This document shows, piece by piece, positions 17,916 to 28,491 of a stretch of 41,903 nucleotides of DNA; position 1 is the stretch's first letter, and each line of letters opens with the position of its first letter. Made by a program: the position numbers and the translations under genes. The DNA comes from Candidatus Bathyarchaeota archaeon (GTDB lineage Archaea > Thermoproteota > Bathyarchaeia > Bathyarchaeales > Bathycorpusculaceae): positions 1 to 41,903 of the forward strand of contig CAVTZU010000005.1 of NCBI GenBank assembly GCA_963739305.1, in the 5' to 3' direction. Below the pieces are notes generated by a model that saw nothing but the letters and a program-made list of their open reading frames with translations, was not told where the DNA came from and ran no database searches.

Positions 17916-19274
17916 TCATCGCTTCTGACGGATAGTACCGTAGGTTCTCAGAACTCGCAAAGCCTTCGCTGCTTTTTCGGGAAGATTATATAACGGGATG
18001 CGCGATCGTCCCAAGACTTCGTACACTTTGGCAAAATCTTCACCGCCAGCCGGCACATCTACGACGGGTTTGCGGGTGTATCTCGAGAGGATTTTGGGGA
18101 ACGATCTCGCGTCTTTCGGTTCAAAAAACGTGGACTTAAGCATGTTGATCAGCATAACCCCATCCACATTCTTGTCAGCTAGAACCAACTCCAAGACCCT
18201 GCGGTATCGGTCCGCTTTTGCGTCTGCTATCATATCTATCGGGTTAGTGGCATCGACACCCGGGTAGAGTCCTTCGATCTCTTTCTTCGTTTTCTCTGAC
18301 AAATTTGCAAGCGTCAGACCGCATCTCTCGACAGCATCTGCAGCCAATATCGCCGGTCCTCCGACGTTACTGACTATAGCGACGTTGTCTCCGAGCATCG
18401 GGGGCTGCTTGGAAAGAGCAATGGCCATATCCATGAGTTCCTCAACGTTTTCAACTCGGATTATTCCAGCTTTCTTGAAGGCCGCATTGAAAATCTGATC
18501 TGAACCAGCGATGGATGCCGTATGGGATTTGGCTCTATGGGCTGATTCCAGCGTGACGCCGCCTTTCAAGGCGAGGATGGGCTTCTTCTTGACAATTTTC
18601 TGTGCTTCCCGAATGAATTTTCTGCCGTTCTTGACTCCTTCCATGTACAAACAAATGACCTTCGTCTGCCGGTCCTTGCCCAAGTAGCTGAGTAAGTCTA
18701 CATCGTCTACGTCGATTTTGTCGCCTACGAAGGCAAATTTGCTGATTCCAACGTTATAGAAGCAAGCCCAGTCGAGAAGGATGGCACCGACTCCGCCGCT
18801 TTGAGATATCACGGAGATATTCCCTTTTTCGGGCATGAGGTCTATCTCGAAGGTTGTGTTCAACCCATTTGCTGTGTTTACGACGCCCATTATCGTGTTA
18901 GGGCCGAGGAATCTGACTCCGTACGCTTCCTTAAGTTTGAGGAGGCTTATGCGTTGATGTTCCTCGTATCCGCCCGTTATCATTACGAGGGCTCTTATTC
19001 CTTTTTCCGCGCATTTTTCTGCCTGGATCACTGATTGAGCGGGAGGCAGCATGATTACGGCGAGGTCTGGAGTTTCTGGTAGCCGTCTCAGACTCTTGTA
19101 ACCCGCGTAGCCGTCCACGTCCACGACGTAGGTCTTCCTCTTGAAGAACCGTTTCATATTGTATGTGACATTTCCAAAAAGCTGAGGTGAAGCCATGCCA
19201 ACCTTCTCCCGAGTTCTGCTCGAACCTATCAAGGCAGCCGATTTCGGCTCGAAGATTGTCTTGACTTCATCCAT
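17916..19274 (-). CDS. Acyl-CoA synthetase (NDP-forming) alpha subunit, AcdA-like
   Basis: IFEPKSAALIG, LGPNT.G, ISQSGG, LYMEG, phospho-His motif SHTASIAG, NPIDM. Probable ATG 19274. Confidence 0.88.
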   Translation of the reverse strand: MDEVKTIFEPKSAALIGSSRTREKVGMASPQLFGNVTYNMKRFFKRKTYVVDVDGYAGYKSLRRLPETPDLAVIMLPPAQSVIQAEKCAEKGIRALVMITGGYEEHQRISLLKLKEAYGVRFLGPNTIMGVVNTANGLNTTFEIDLMPEKGNISVISQSGGVGAILLDWACFYNVGISKFAFVGDKIDVDDVDLLSYLGKDRQTKVICLYMEGVKNGRKFIREAQKIVKKKPILALKGGVTLESAHRAKSHTASIAGSDQIFNAAFKKAGIIRVENVEELMDMAIALSKQPPMLGDNVAIVSNVGGPAILAADAVERCGLTLANLSEKTKKEIEGLYPGVDATNPIDMIADAKADRYRRVLELVLADKNVDGVMLINMLKSTFFEPKDARSFPKILSRYTRKPVVDVPAGGEDFAKVYEVLGRSRIPLYNLPEKAAKALRVLRTYGTIRQKR

Positions 19275-19424
19275 TTGCAATTCCTTCAGGTCAAGAGCGC
19301 AGATTGAGGAAGGAGCTAACATACGTTGTTCGTGTTCATAAATTTAACCATCCACACTTTCGATGGCCAGAGCTACCGCATTTCGTTTAAGCTAAGTGAA
19401 CAGCTTTCAGGAAAATTTAGGCGG

Positions 19425-20211
19425 TCATCTTGCAAGTATTCTTATGTAAGCAAAAGCTGCGGTCGATGCGAATATGACGGTGAAAATCGCGACGGATACT
19501 AGCCAATATGGTGAAAATGCCATAGTGTTCGGCATCAGGAAAGAACGGATCATGTCCGAAGCGTTACTCAATGGGTTGACCTCTGCAAAGGTCACGAGTA
19601 TACTTGGAAACTGCCCAGACTTTCCGAGGTCTTGTATGAGGTATAGCGGGTAGAAGACGCTGCTGCAGAAGAACAGTGTGTAGTAGACCAGCCCTCTGGC
19701 AGTGACGAATTTTTCGAAGCTTGAGGTGGACACGGCTATTGTTATGCTCAACCCTGAGATGCCCATGGCCAACAGAAATAGTGTGAAGATGATAAGCAGT
19801 AGTTGTGGTAGTGTAGGAAAGCCGACGAATATGAAGCAAGTAAGAAGCAACGGTGTCATGTAGACCAAGCCTCTGCAAGCCGCCTGAGATGACGCGTCCG
19901 AAAGCCAATTCGTATCTGCTCATGGGTATGCTGAGCATGTAGTGATGGATTTCTCGGCGTCGTTCCATGTTTACTTCTCGTCCGATCATGAAGGCAGATG
20001 CGAAGAGTCCCGTCACGGCAAGTCCCGGCGCGAAGAAGTCAAAGTAGCTCGTGATCCTTTCCGTGACTGCCTGGGCAAGCATGTGATTGTAGACTACGGC
20101 CATGATGAAAAGGTCGGCGAGGTTCATGCTGATTAAGCCTACGAGCCACCATTTGTATCTGAAGAAGTTTCTGAAGTCGAGTTCCACGATGTATAATATG
20201 CCTTTCATCAT
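19425..20211 (-). CDS. ABC-2 exporter permease (one +1 frameshift near 19875)
   Basis: Joins ORFs 19564..20217 and 19425..19868. Removing one base restores GRVISGGLRGLVYMTP. NPLS motif near the C-terminus. ATGA coupling to the upstream permease. Confidence 0.8.
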
Positions 20212-20990
20212 CGCCACGCGCCTCCCTCTATCCTTTTGCCGTAGATGACGACGCCGAAGAGCGTGAAGAAGCCGAAGAATGCGACGATGCCGAGTAGGGG
20301 TAGCAAAGGATTGTCAAGTGGTGATTATCTCGTCAAGACCTGTTCCCCATCTGAAGAGATCCGCGGCGAAGCTCACTGGGTTGATCGAGGCAGCTCCACC
20401 GTAGGCTGGGTTTGCTGCCTGCACGATAGCCAATGGATACATCGCTGTGCTTAAGCGGACGATCAGTGCATCTAGTACGCCCATGAGTATGTCGAAGCGG
20501 TCGCTTGACTTTATGATAACAGCAAGCGTTATGCTCATGCCTGCGACACCGAATGAAAACAGGAATAGGGCGAACAGCGAGATTAGAAAGGCAATGGGGT
20601 TGAGTGAACCAATAACGTAGAGTGATATTGCAATCAAGGGTCCGACGTAGATGAATGATCTTAATCCTCCTCCAATTGATCTTCCAAGCACCAATTGCCT
20701 TCGCGATACGGGCAAGCTTAGAAGGTACTCGAAAACGCCGTGTTCTGCTTCTTCATAGATATCGAATCCGATAAAGATGGCAGCCGAGTATAACGTCATT
20801 ACTGAGAGGCCGCCGACGTAGTAACGGAAATAGTCTTTAACCGCGTTTACGTTTATCATCTGGCTTGCGATCAGGCCAAAGAAGGCGATTTGGCTTACGA
20901 ACCAGATGGCGCGCATTATGATTAGAAACTTGTACTGAAAGAACAGTCGAACGTCTCTTTCAATAACCAGCGCAAGCTTGTTCGTTCCAC
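20208..20990 (-). CDS. ABC-2 exporter permease (frameshifts near 20981 and 20320)
   Basis: Core ORF 20314..20916 extends upstream in frame as NKLALVIERDVRLFFQYKFLII without an ATG/GTG/TTG start. The last TM helix LDNPLLPLLGIVAFFGFFTLFGVVIYGKRIEGGAWR* lies in another frame ending at 20208. Confidence 0.75.
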
Positions 20991-20992
20991 GG

Positions 20993-21956
20993 TCACTCCT
21001 TGTCTTTCTGTGCTTCCTCGATCGTTAGACCCGTGTAGTGTGCGAAGACGTCGTCGAGGCTTGGTTCACTCATGCGAACGGATTTTAATCGGCACTTCTC
21101 TTTTCGAAAAGAGGTTCATGATTCGGGGGACGATTTCTTCCACCTTGTTCAAGTACAGGCGCACGCTCGTCGGCTTGACCTGCATTAGGTCGACGACTTC
21201 TTTCATGCTCTTCAGTTCATCAATGAGTGTTGCCGGGGCGTCTTTCTCCAGCTGGATGTCCATTATGTCGCCGCCGACTATGCTATCCTTAAGTTTCTTG
21301 GGTGTGTCACACACTAGCAGCTTACCCTTGTGCAAGATTCCTACTCGGTCGGAGAGCTTATCTGCCTCATAGAGCTCGTTCGTCGCGAGAATAATTGTGG
21401 AGCCTTCATCCCTGAGTTCGAGAAGCATGTTCCATATTCTATGCTTTCCAACGATGTCAATCTGTGCAGTAGGTTCGTCAACTATGGCAATTTTCGGTCT
21501 TTGTATTAGAACCTTGGCCATTTCAACGCGTTTGCGCATGCCACCTGACAAATTGTGGACACCCTTTTTCCGGGCATCCCACATCTCCACGGCACTAAGC
21601 ACATCTTTTACTCTCTGTTTTCTGTCGGACGTTGATAATCCGCAGACCTTGGCGTGCCAGTTCACCACGTCCCACGGGGTTGCGACCCACAGCATTTTTG
21701 GCTCTTGAAAGCCTATGCCTAGAAGACCTCGCACTTTTTCGGGCTGCTTTCGAATGTCGTAGTTTCCGACTAGGGCTGTGCCTTCCGTGGGTTTGATGAC
21801 CGTTGCCAACATGAGGATAACAGTGGTCTTGCCTGCCCCGTTGGGGCCGAGAAGTCCGAGGATTTCGCCTTCTTCGACATCCATGCTCAAATGGTCAACT
21901 GCAGCTACGTCGCCGAACTTCTTAGTGAGGTTTTGAATTCGAATTATCGGTGCCAC
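20993..21956 (-). CDS. ABC exporter ATP-binding protein, DrrA-like (frameshift at 21083-21086)
   Basis: GPNGAGKTT, LSGGMRKR, VDEPT. Canonical tail SEPSLDDVFAHYTG is in a shifted frame after an A4 run. Confidence 0.88.
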
Positions 21957-22080
21957 TTGTTACACCAGGTTGAGAAAAAAATACAATAACACATCAGTTA
22001 AATAAGACTAGCGATTCACGGTGCTGCCGAGTTTTCCCGTTGGATAAGTGCACAGGACGGGGTTAGGTGAGCTCGCAGGT

Positions 22081-24387
22081 TCATGCTTGTCGAAAGGTCA
22101 TTTGTCTTTCGCGGCGTAAGACCTCGTCCGCGACTTTGTCTTTGGTGTATCCGAACATGGCGAGCAGCGTTTCCCCAGAAGAAAGAAGCATCCTAACATA
22201 TTCCCCAGCATCATAACGCGTCTTAGCCTTCAGTAATTCAGCGGGAACAACTCTCTCAGTAGCCCATTTGGACTCAGCGTTAACAATCAAATACTGCACT
22301 GTCTGTCCTGCGTGAACTTCAAAACCAGCCTTCGTCAGCTTCCTAGCTGCAATAGCCTGAAAAACATCGTGACTGTAATTTAAGGGTTCTTTAGAAATTC
22401 TCTTGGCAACCAGAAGCTCTTCTAAATCAACCTCGCCCTCAATCAACCTGTCCGCATAATTCCTCAAAACACCGAGCGCATCAGGAATTTTTTCTTTGAA
22501 ACTCTCCAGACTAGTGGCTCCCGCAAGCTTTTTGATCAGCTCCAACTGAGCGTCAACGATAAAAGCAGGGGTATCCCCACGCCTTGCCTCAATGCCCCTT
22601 AGTTTCACATCGCCATTTTCGAGCACACCATAATATCGGTTCAAGACCGGAACACCCTCCAGCACCCTTGAAGGCAGAAAAACAATCCATCGATACTTCC
22701 CCTCAACACCCAAAGAAACCTTAACAGAATCCGAAACCCCGCGACAAAAATCCACAACCTCCTTCGGCGAAGCGTTAACCTTCTTCAACCACAAAGAATC
22801 CACGATACCATGAATAACCTCAAACCCATGTTCTTCAGCCATTCTCGCAGTTTTCAGTAACACGTCGCGAGCAAAAGCACACACGGCAATGTGCGCGTCA
22901 ACTCGCCCAAACCGCGCATTCCTGTACCCCAGGTAACCAAAGCATGTGACCAAAGTCCATTTGAGAGCTGCCTGCCGCATATCATAAACGTGCTTTAGGT
23001 TTGAATCGTCTACTTCTCTTTTCAAATTCTTGTACTTAGAACGTTTCTTTAACAACACTTCCAACGTCTTAGGAACTATGCCCTTCCGTTTCTCACAAAT
23101 ATTGTACCCCAATTCGGGAACACGAATACTAGAGTTTGGACAACACTTGCAAAGAACAGTTTCGGCAGAGATGTTCCGCGTCAACATCAACGTCGGAAAC
23201 ATCGACGTAAAATCAACTTCAAACACGTCGGTGTGAAAACCAATCTTCGGCTCAAAAATGAACCCACCACGATCAGCAACAAGCAGTTCCCACGCGGTCT
23301 TGAAAGATTCCGGTTCATTCTTCTTCCAAGGCACAAGAATGCCATCTTTCCACGCAGTGTAAAGCTGCAGAGAAGACATGATCGTCCCAATTGACGCCCT
23401 AGCCGCTCGGTGAAGGGGAACTCGACATGTACGTGAAACCTCGATGAGACCATCCAAACCACACGCGGTGTAGATGAACGTGTTGTTCACGTCGATGTGA
23501 ATTCGACCGAAAAGCCTCCGCATCCCTGCCTTATGATACACTCGGCCGTACGAAAAGAAAGTAGTCCCGCTATCCGTTCCAGTCTTTAAGGGAACAGCTT
23601 CCCTGCTCAGAATAAAACGATCCAGGACACCGTTAACAAAAGCCCGATAAGCCAGGTAAGGTAGCCAGAACGAGTCACCACCCTCAGTAAAAATCAGGTC
23701 AGGATCCATTTTCTTAACAGACTCAACAAGCTTCAGAATCTTCTTCTCTTCATTCTCACCGTCGACAACCATTTTTTTGCCGTCGCTTTCGAGCGACACA
23801 TTCTCTATCTTATCGCTCATCTTGTTCGAAACGCCTTCTTTGTTGGCACTCACCCTAAGCCACAGTGAACGCAGAGGCGGGACATGGTAGTCGACGCTCT
23901 CAACCGAATCCTGCAAGTCATAGCTAAGCCGTTTCCCAGAATCAACAACCATCACACGCGCAAACGGGAAAACATCCTTGTCATACAGGTATGCCTGCGC
24001 GACTACGACATCAACGTTGTAGAAACGAAATCGTTGGTAGCCACCGAGTCTGAGCAGATCCCTAGCAAGAATTGAAGCTTTAGCATTGTCCTTGAGCCTC
24101 ACCTCCAAGACCTTTCGTTTGAACGATTCCATAAAATCCGCGTTCTTCTCAACAAAACGCCAATCCGCAACCGAACTGTTGTACTCAATTCTGTCTGCTA
24201 AACGATTTAAGGCAGAAAAATTACCAGAAACATAAATCGACGAGACAAACTTGTCAACAAATCGAACCCGTTCGCCATTATCCGTGATAACCCAAACCGC
24301 AACCTCATCAGGACCTGAAGGATAAACGTCAAACAACCATCCTCTCACAGGGTTAAGTTTGACGAAGCTTTTTTTCAAGTCGCTCAA
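22081..24387 (-). CDS. polB2: Family B DNA polymerase, PolB2 (Dpo2-like) group
   Basis: Altered motifs typical of PolB2: DFTSMFP, KWTLVTCFGYLGY, HGIVDSLW, plus NRYYG and RGIEARRGD. Exonuclease motifs are degenerate. Confidence 0.9.
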   Translation of the reverse strand: MSDLKKSFVKLNPVRGWLFDVYPSGPDEVAVWVITDNGERVRFVDKFVSSIYVSGNFSALNRLADRIEYNSSVADWRFVEKNADFMESFKRKVLEVRLKDNAKASILARDLLRLGGYQRFRFYNVDVVVAQAYLYDKDVFPFARVMVVDSGKRLSYDLQDSVESVDYHVPPLRSLWLRVSANKEGVSNKMSDKIENVSLESDGKKMVVDGENEEKKILKLVESVKKMDPDLIFTEGGDSFWLPYLAYRAFVNGVLDRFILSREAVPLKTGTDSGTTFFSYGRVYHKAGMRRLFGRIHIDVNNTFIYTACGLDGLIEVSRTCRVPLHRAARASIGTIMSSLQLYTAWKDGILVPWKKNEPESFKTAWELLVADRGGFIFEPKIGFHTDVFEVDFTSMFPTLMLTRNISAETVLCKCCPNSSIRVPELGYNICEKRKGIVPKTLEVLLKKRSKYKNLKREVDDSNLKHVYDMRQAALKWTLVTCFGYLGYRNARFGRVDAHIAVCAFARDVLLKTARMAEEHGFEVIHGIVDSLWLKKVNASPKEVVDFCRGVSDSVKVSLGVEGKYRWIVFLPSRVLEGVPVLNRYYGVLENGDVKLRGIEARRGDTPAFIVDAQLELIKKLAGATSLESFKEKIPDALGVLRNYADRLIEGEVDLEELLVAKRISKEPLNYSHDVFQAIAARKLTKAGFEVHAGQTVQYLIVNAESKWATERVVPAELLKAKTRYDAGEYVRMLLSSGETLLAMFGYTKDKVADEVLRRERQMTFRQA

Positions 24388-24622
24388 GACTCTCTTTGAT
24401 CTCCATAAGCTCCTTTCGCTGACTTAGCAGAATCGACATGAACATGGCCTCAGTCAAGATAGGCCGTGTCGCCATGCCACCTGCTGACGCATAAATCCTA
24501 CACGCGATCATCATTTTGTCAAAAGCCTCAGCATCCTTGTCCCGCAGTGCTCTCCGAAAGCTATCCCAATGAAGAATCTCTTCTTCCAAAGCCTGTCTAT
24601 AGGACGGAACGGTCCTCCCCAA
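24353..24622 (-). CDS. Small helical PolB2-associated protein (arCOG07300-like)
   Basis: TTG 24622 after GGAGGTG. MGRTVPSYRQALEEEI..W..FRRALR. Lies between the RadA-like gene and polB2. Confidence 0.82.
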   Translation of the reverse strand: MGRTVPSYRQALEEEILHWDSFRRALRDKDAEAFDKMMIACRIYASAGGMATRPILTEAMFMSILLSQRKELMEIKESLERLEKKLRQT

Positions 24623-25328
24623 AAAGTACACCTCCAAAAACACGTGTAGAAGGCTGATCAGCCGTGAAATCCATAGTGAAGGGTCTGATATGCGGATGAT
24701 CCTCTAGAGCAACAGTCAAAACCCGCTCTTTCTTCCTCAACCTGAGGAGAACATCGGCTTTTCCGAACAGAACCGCTTCAAAAAACGTGCTCTGTCTAGA
24801 CTGTCCTTTAGGAAAATAGGTTGCAACAACAATCGTTCTTTTTTCCGAGACTATTTCTGACAGCTTAGTGCAAACCTTCATGAAAAGCTCCCTTCCCTCT
24901 GTCTTAGGAATGTCACTGTCCAAAAAAAGAGAAGTCACGTTCGAAACAATCAACAACCTAGCCCTAGTCTTCCTCAAAACAGAATGCAGCTTATCCAAGA
25001 TTAGGGACGAAAGCTGGTACGCAGTAAAAGCACGTGAAACGTATATCCTTTCCAAAGCTGCCCTACAGTCCAAACCATAATCACGTGCAGCCTCCGCAAC
25101 TTCGTACGGGCTGAACGAGTTTCCACCGTCCACAAAAACGGTAGAAGAATCTAAACCGCCACGTTCATGCGGCAGCTGAGCACGAACTGACAAAGCAAAA
25201 ACCATTGACGAAGCAACATTGCCGTGTAAAACGGCAAAGTCACCAAGCTCAAACCCTGGAAAAACATCGTCTAACGTGGGAAAACCGAGGGAAAGGGGTC
25301 TGGGCTTGTTTGTTGATAAAATAGACAT
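24597..25328 (-). CDS. Inactivated RadA/RecA-like ATPase of the PolB2 cassette
   Basis: LGFPTLD, GGLDS..VFVDGGNSF.PY, IYVSRAFTAYQL. Walker A is lost (LHGNVASS). Confidence 0.85.
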   Translation of the reverse strand: MSILSTNKPRPLSLGFPTLDDVFPGFELGDFAVLHGNVASSMVFALSVRAQLPHERGGLDSSTVFVDGGNSFSPYEVAEAARDYGLDCRAALERIYVSRAFTAYQLSSLILDKLHSVLRKTRARLLIVSNVTSLFLDSDIPKTEGRELFMKVCTKLSEIVSEKRTIVVATYFPKGQSRQSTFFEAVLFGKADVLLRLRKKERVLTVALEDHPHIRPFTMDFTADQPSTRVFGGVLFGEDRSVL

Positions 25329-25500
25329 GCGTAGCTCCCCGATTCATGACTGAAAGCCTCAGAAAACGTAGATAAACGTTCACTGGAAACACACTCTACA
25401 AAACTTGGAGAGATAAGTTAAAGTGAAAAACCAAAAATTCAAGGGGTCTAGACATAAACTTTCTTAAAACACCTGAAGAAATAGTAAGCTGTGAATACGG

Positions 25501-26889
25501 ATGAAGAAGCCTGAACTGGATTTTGTCAACGAATCAAACATGAGCCTGCTAACCGATTTCTACGAGTTGACTATGTGCGCGAGTTACTTTGAAAACAATA
25601 GGAACGAAACTGCAACGTTCGACCTCTTCATAAGAAAACTGCCGCCTAACAGGTCATACTTCATCTTCGCAGGACTGGAGCAAGTTCTGCTTTTTCTCGA
25701 GAACATCAAATTCGACGAAGACCAAATCAAATACCTGAGAAAACAGAAATTCAGGTCAAAATTCCTCGAATACCTGATGAATTTCAAGTTTACTGGAGAC
25801 GTTTGGTCCGTCCCCGAGGGAACGATTGTCTTTCCTGAGGAACCACTGATGAGAATAACTGCTCCGATGATTCAGGCTCAGCTGATCGAAACTTTCCTCC
25901 TAAACACTGTAAACCTGCAGACGATGATTGCCACGAAAGCCGCAAGAGTCGTCTGCGCGGCGCAAGGAAAGCCTGTGATCGAGTTCGGTCTAAGAAGAAC
26001 ACAAGGCACAGACGCGGGAATGAAAGCCGCAAGATGCAGCTACCTTGCTGGTGCTGAAGGAACCTCAAACGTTCTTGCGGGAATGAAATATAACATACCT
26101 GTTTTCGGCACGATGGCGCACAGCTACATAATGTCCTTTGAAAATGAAATTGACGCGTTTAGAAATTTCGCGAAAACCTTCCCAGAAAACTCCACGCTTC
26201 TGATCGACACCTACGACGATTTGAAAGGAGCCGAAAACGCTGCAGCAGTGGCAAAAGAAATGGAGAGCGAAGGGCAAAAACTGAACGCCGTCCGACTTGA
26301 CAGCGGCGACCTTGCAGAAACAAGCAAGAAAGTCAGGAAGATTCTAGACGCCCAAGGCCTGCAATACGTAAGGATCTTTGCAAGCGGAGACCTAGATGAA
26401 TACGCGATCGAGGAACTGCGGAGGAGACGTGCAAAGATCGACGCGTTTGGCGTAGGAACCAGGATGAGCACGTCATCTGACAGGCCATATGTAGATGTCG
26501 TCTACAAACTCTCCTGCAGAGTTGAGCGTGGAGTTCCAGCGCCGACCATGAAATTAAGCAAAGGGAAAACCACTCTGCCTGGATTGAAACAGATCTACAG
26601 ACAACGCAACGAGGATGACAAGTATTCCAAGGACATAATCAGCTTAGATTCTGAGAAAATCGACGGAGAACCTTTACTCATTCATGCTATGCAAAAAGGT
26701 AACGTGATCTACGATGCACCCAGTCTAGACGACATCAGAAAAAGCACTCTCGAAAACCTGCTCCACCTTCACAAGGTTTACAAAAGACTGAAAAAAACCC
26801 CGTTGTACCCGATAGTCTTGAGCCCTGCACTGAAGAAAATCAAAAGCCAGCTAGCTCGGCGTTTAAAGGAACAGGAAAACTCCATGTAA
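25501..26889 (+). CDS. pncB: Nicotinate phosphoribosyltransferase
   Basis: LLTDFYELTM, EFGLRR, GTMAHS, LIDTYD, VRLDSGD, FGVGT, VYKL. Confidence 0.95.
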   Translation: MKKPELDFVNESNMSLLTDFYELTMCASYFENNRNETATFDLFIRKLPPNRSYFIFAGLEQVLLFLENIKFDEDQIKYLRKQKFRSKFLEYLMNFKFTGDVWSVPEGTIVFPEEPLMRITAPMIQAQLIETFLLNTVNLQTMIATKAARVVCAAQGKPVIEFGLRRTQGTDAGMKAARCSYLAGAEGTSNVLAGMKYNIPVFGTMAHSYIMSFENEIDAFRNFAKTFPENSTLLIDTYDDLKGAENAAAVAKEMESEGQKLNAVRLDSGDLAETSKKVRKILDAQGLQYVRIFASGDLDEYAIEELRRRRAKIDAFGVGTRMSTSSDRPYVDVVYKLSCRVERGVPAPTMKLSKGKTTLPGLKQIYRQRNEDDKYSKDIISLDSEKIDGEPLLIHAMQKGNVIYDAPSLDDIRKSTLENLLHLHKVYKRLKKTPLYPIVLSPALKKIKSQLARRLKEQENSM

Positions 26890-27020
26890 GAAAAACTTCT
26901 GAGTCTTGAACAGAACGTGCAACCAAATTGCAGGACACTGTTTCCAGCGTCACGTATACCAAAATCACCCAATCAGATTTAAGTACGACAAAAAACACTG
27001 GCAAAAAGGAAGAGGAAAGC

Positions 27021-27773
27021 ATGGAATTTTCTAACGTTTACGACGATGCAAAGCGTGCGGAATCATATTCGAAACTGGAGTTCCCTGGCACTTACTATTT
27101 GGCATACAGAGATTTGCCTGAAATCATAACTCAGAATGTTGCCGGAAGAAATGCAGTGGACTTTGGGTGTGGAACTGGACGTTCGACGAGATTTCTACGG
27201 AGACTTGGATTCGAAACCATTGGGGTCGACATATCCGAGGTCATGATAAAGAAGGCAAAAGAGATAGATCCAAAGGGTGACTATCGGCTTATCCATGAAG
27301 GTGATTTCAGTCAATTCAGATACGAAGCTTATGACCTTGTACTTTTTGCGTTTACATTTGATAACATACCCACGATGGGAAAGAAAGTCCGTTTGTTCAG
27401 AGAAATGAGACGCGTGCTGAAGACAGAGGGAAGAATAATCGCCCTTGTCTCGTCTCCTGAGATATACACCCATGAATGGGCGTCCTTTTCTACCAAGGAT
27501 TTTCCAGCAAACAAATCTGCCAAAAACGGTGATAAAGTCAGGATAGTCATGACCGATGTGGAGGACAAAAGACCGGTGGAGGACGTTTTATGGACAGATG
27601 CCTACTACCGTGAGACCTTCAAGAGGGCCGAACTGGTGCTAATGGAGATGTACAAACCGTTAGCGAAGGAAAGTGAGCCATATGAATGGATCAACGAAAC
27701 CAGAATTGCACCTTGGGTCATTTATGTATTGAAAAAGAAGAAATTAACAAAAAGTGCGCCTAGACACGTTTAG
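27021..27773 (+). CDS. Class I SAM-dependent methyltransferase
   Basis: VDFGCGTGRS, GVDIS, YDLV, RVLKTEG. ATG 27021 after GAGGAAAG. Confidence 0.88.
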   Translation: MEFSNVYDDAKRAESYSKLEFPGTYYLAYRDLPEIITQNVAGRNAVDFGCGTGRSTRFLRRLGFETIGVDISEVMIKKAKEIDPKGDYRLIHEGDFSQFRYEAYDLVLFAFTFDNIPTMGKKVRLFREMRRVLKTEGRIIALVSSPEIYTHEWASFSTKDFPANKSAKNGDKVRIVMTDVEDKRPVEDVLWTDAYYRETFKRAELVLMEMYKPLAKESEPYEWINETRIAPWVIYVLKKKKLTKSAPRHV

Positions 27774-27837
27774 GCACAGATTTTGTTCGTTTAGGCCTTC
27801 TCCGGTTGCAGGTGTAACTAGTCAAGAGTGTGGATCT

Positions 27838-28260
27838 CTAGATCATGGCTCGCGGGGACTCGATTTTTCTCAGAAGCGGACGTAGCGCGGCATGAGTCAT
27901 TCCTTCATCCACTTGATTCCCTTTGAACACTCCTGTTGCTCCGATTTGTCGACATATGAACGTCAACGAGTCTTCCGTGAAGTTCAGGAGGTTCTGCCCG
28001 TCGTTTGTAAGCTTGTATACTTTTCTCGGTCTTTCAGTTGACATTTCCCAGTCGCTCTTGACGTACCCTTTCTTTTCTAATGTTCCAAGCAGAGGGTAGA
28101 TGGTGCTTGGTCCGAAATAGACGCCGAAGGTCTTGCGGATCTTCGTTATTATTTGGTAACCATGCATGGGCTGTCCATTCAGAAACTGTAGTATTATGAG
28201 GTCTAGAAGGCCTTTCATGAGCTTGGTTTGTACTTCTTTGGAGTTGTTCATTTCTGACAC
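27838..28260 (-). CDS. PadR family transcriptional regulator
   Basis: KGLLDLIIL...PMHGYQI...GPSTIYPLL..LEKKGYV...RPRKVYKLT.DG. Confidence 0.92.
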   Translation of the reverse strand: MSEMNNSKEVQTKLMKGLLDLIILQFLNGQPMHGYQIITKIRKTFGVYFGPSTIYPLLGTLEKKGYVKSDWEMSTERPRKVYKLTNDGQNLLNFTEDSLTFICRQIGATGVFKGNQVDEGMTHAALRPLLRKIESPRAMI

Positions 28261-28316
28261 CCTTTTGTTGTTTTGCGGTATCTTTGTTCAACAGTTTGTC
28301 TGTTGGACGCTGATAC

Positions 28317-28340
28317 GATATGTCTATTGTAAGACATATC
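28317..28340. promoter_or_regulatory. Perfect 9-bp inverted repeat GATATGTCT-N6-AGACATATC (ATGT-N10-ACAT core), candidate PadR operator
   Basis: Read directly. Lies between divergent padR genes next to TATA-like TATATA at about 28350. Confidence 0.7.
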
Positions 28341-28390
28341 TTGAGTCTCTATATACACTAAACAATCATATAAATGTTCATGCTTACCCG

Positions 28391-28417
28391 AAGCATAAAG
28401 AAGCATACACAAGCATA
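28391..28417 (+). repeat. Three AAGCATA direct repeats at 10-bp period
   Basis: AAGCATA at 28391, 28401 and 28411. Inverted ATGCTT at 28380. Confidence 0.65.
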
Positions 28418-28491
28418 TTAGAGACCGTGACTCCAACGTAAATCTAATAAGCCCAAATGCAAACAAGTACGGAAATAGACATAAAGAGAAC

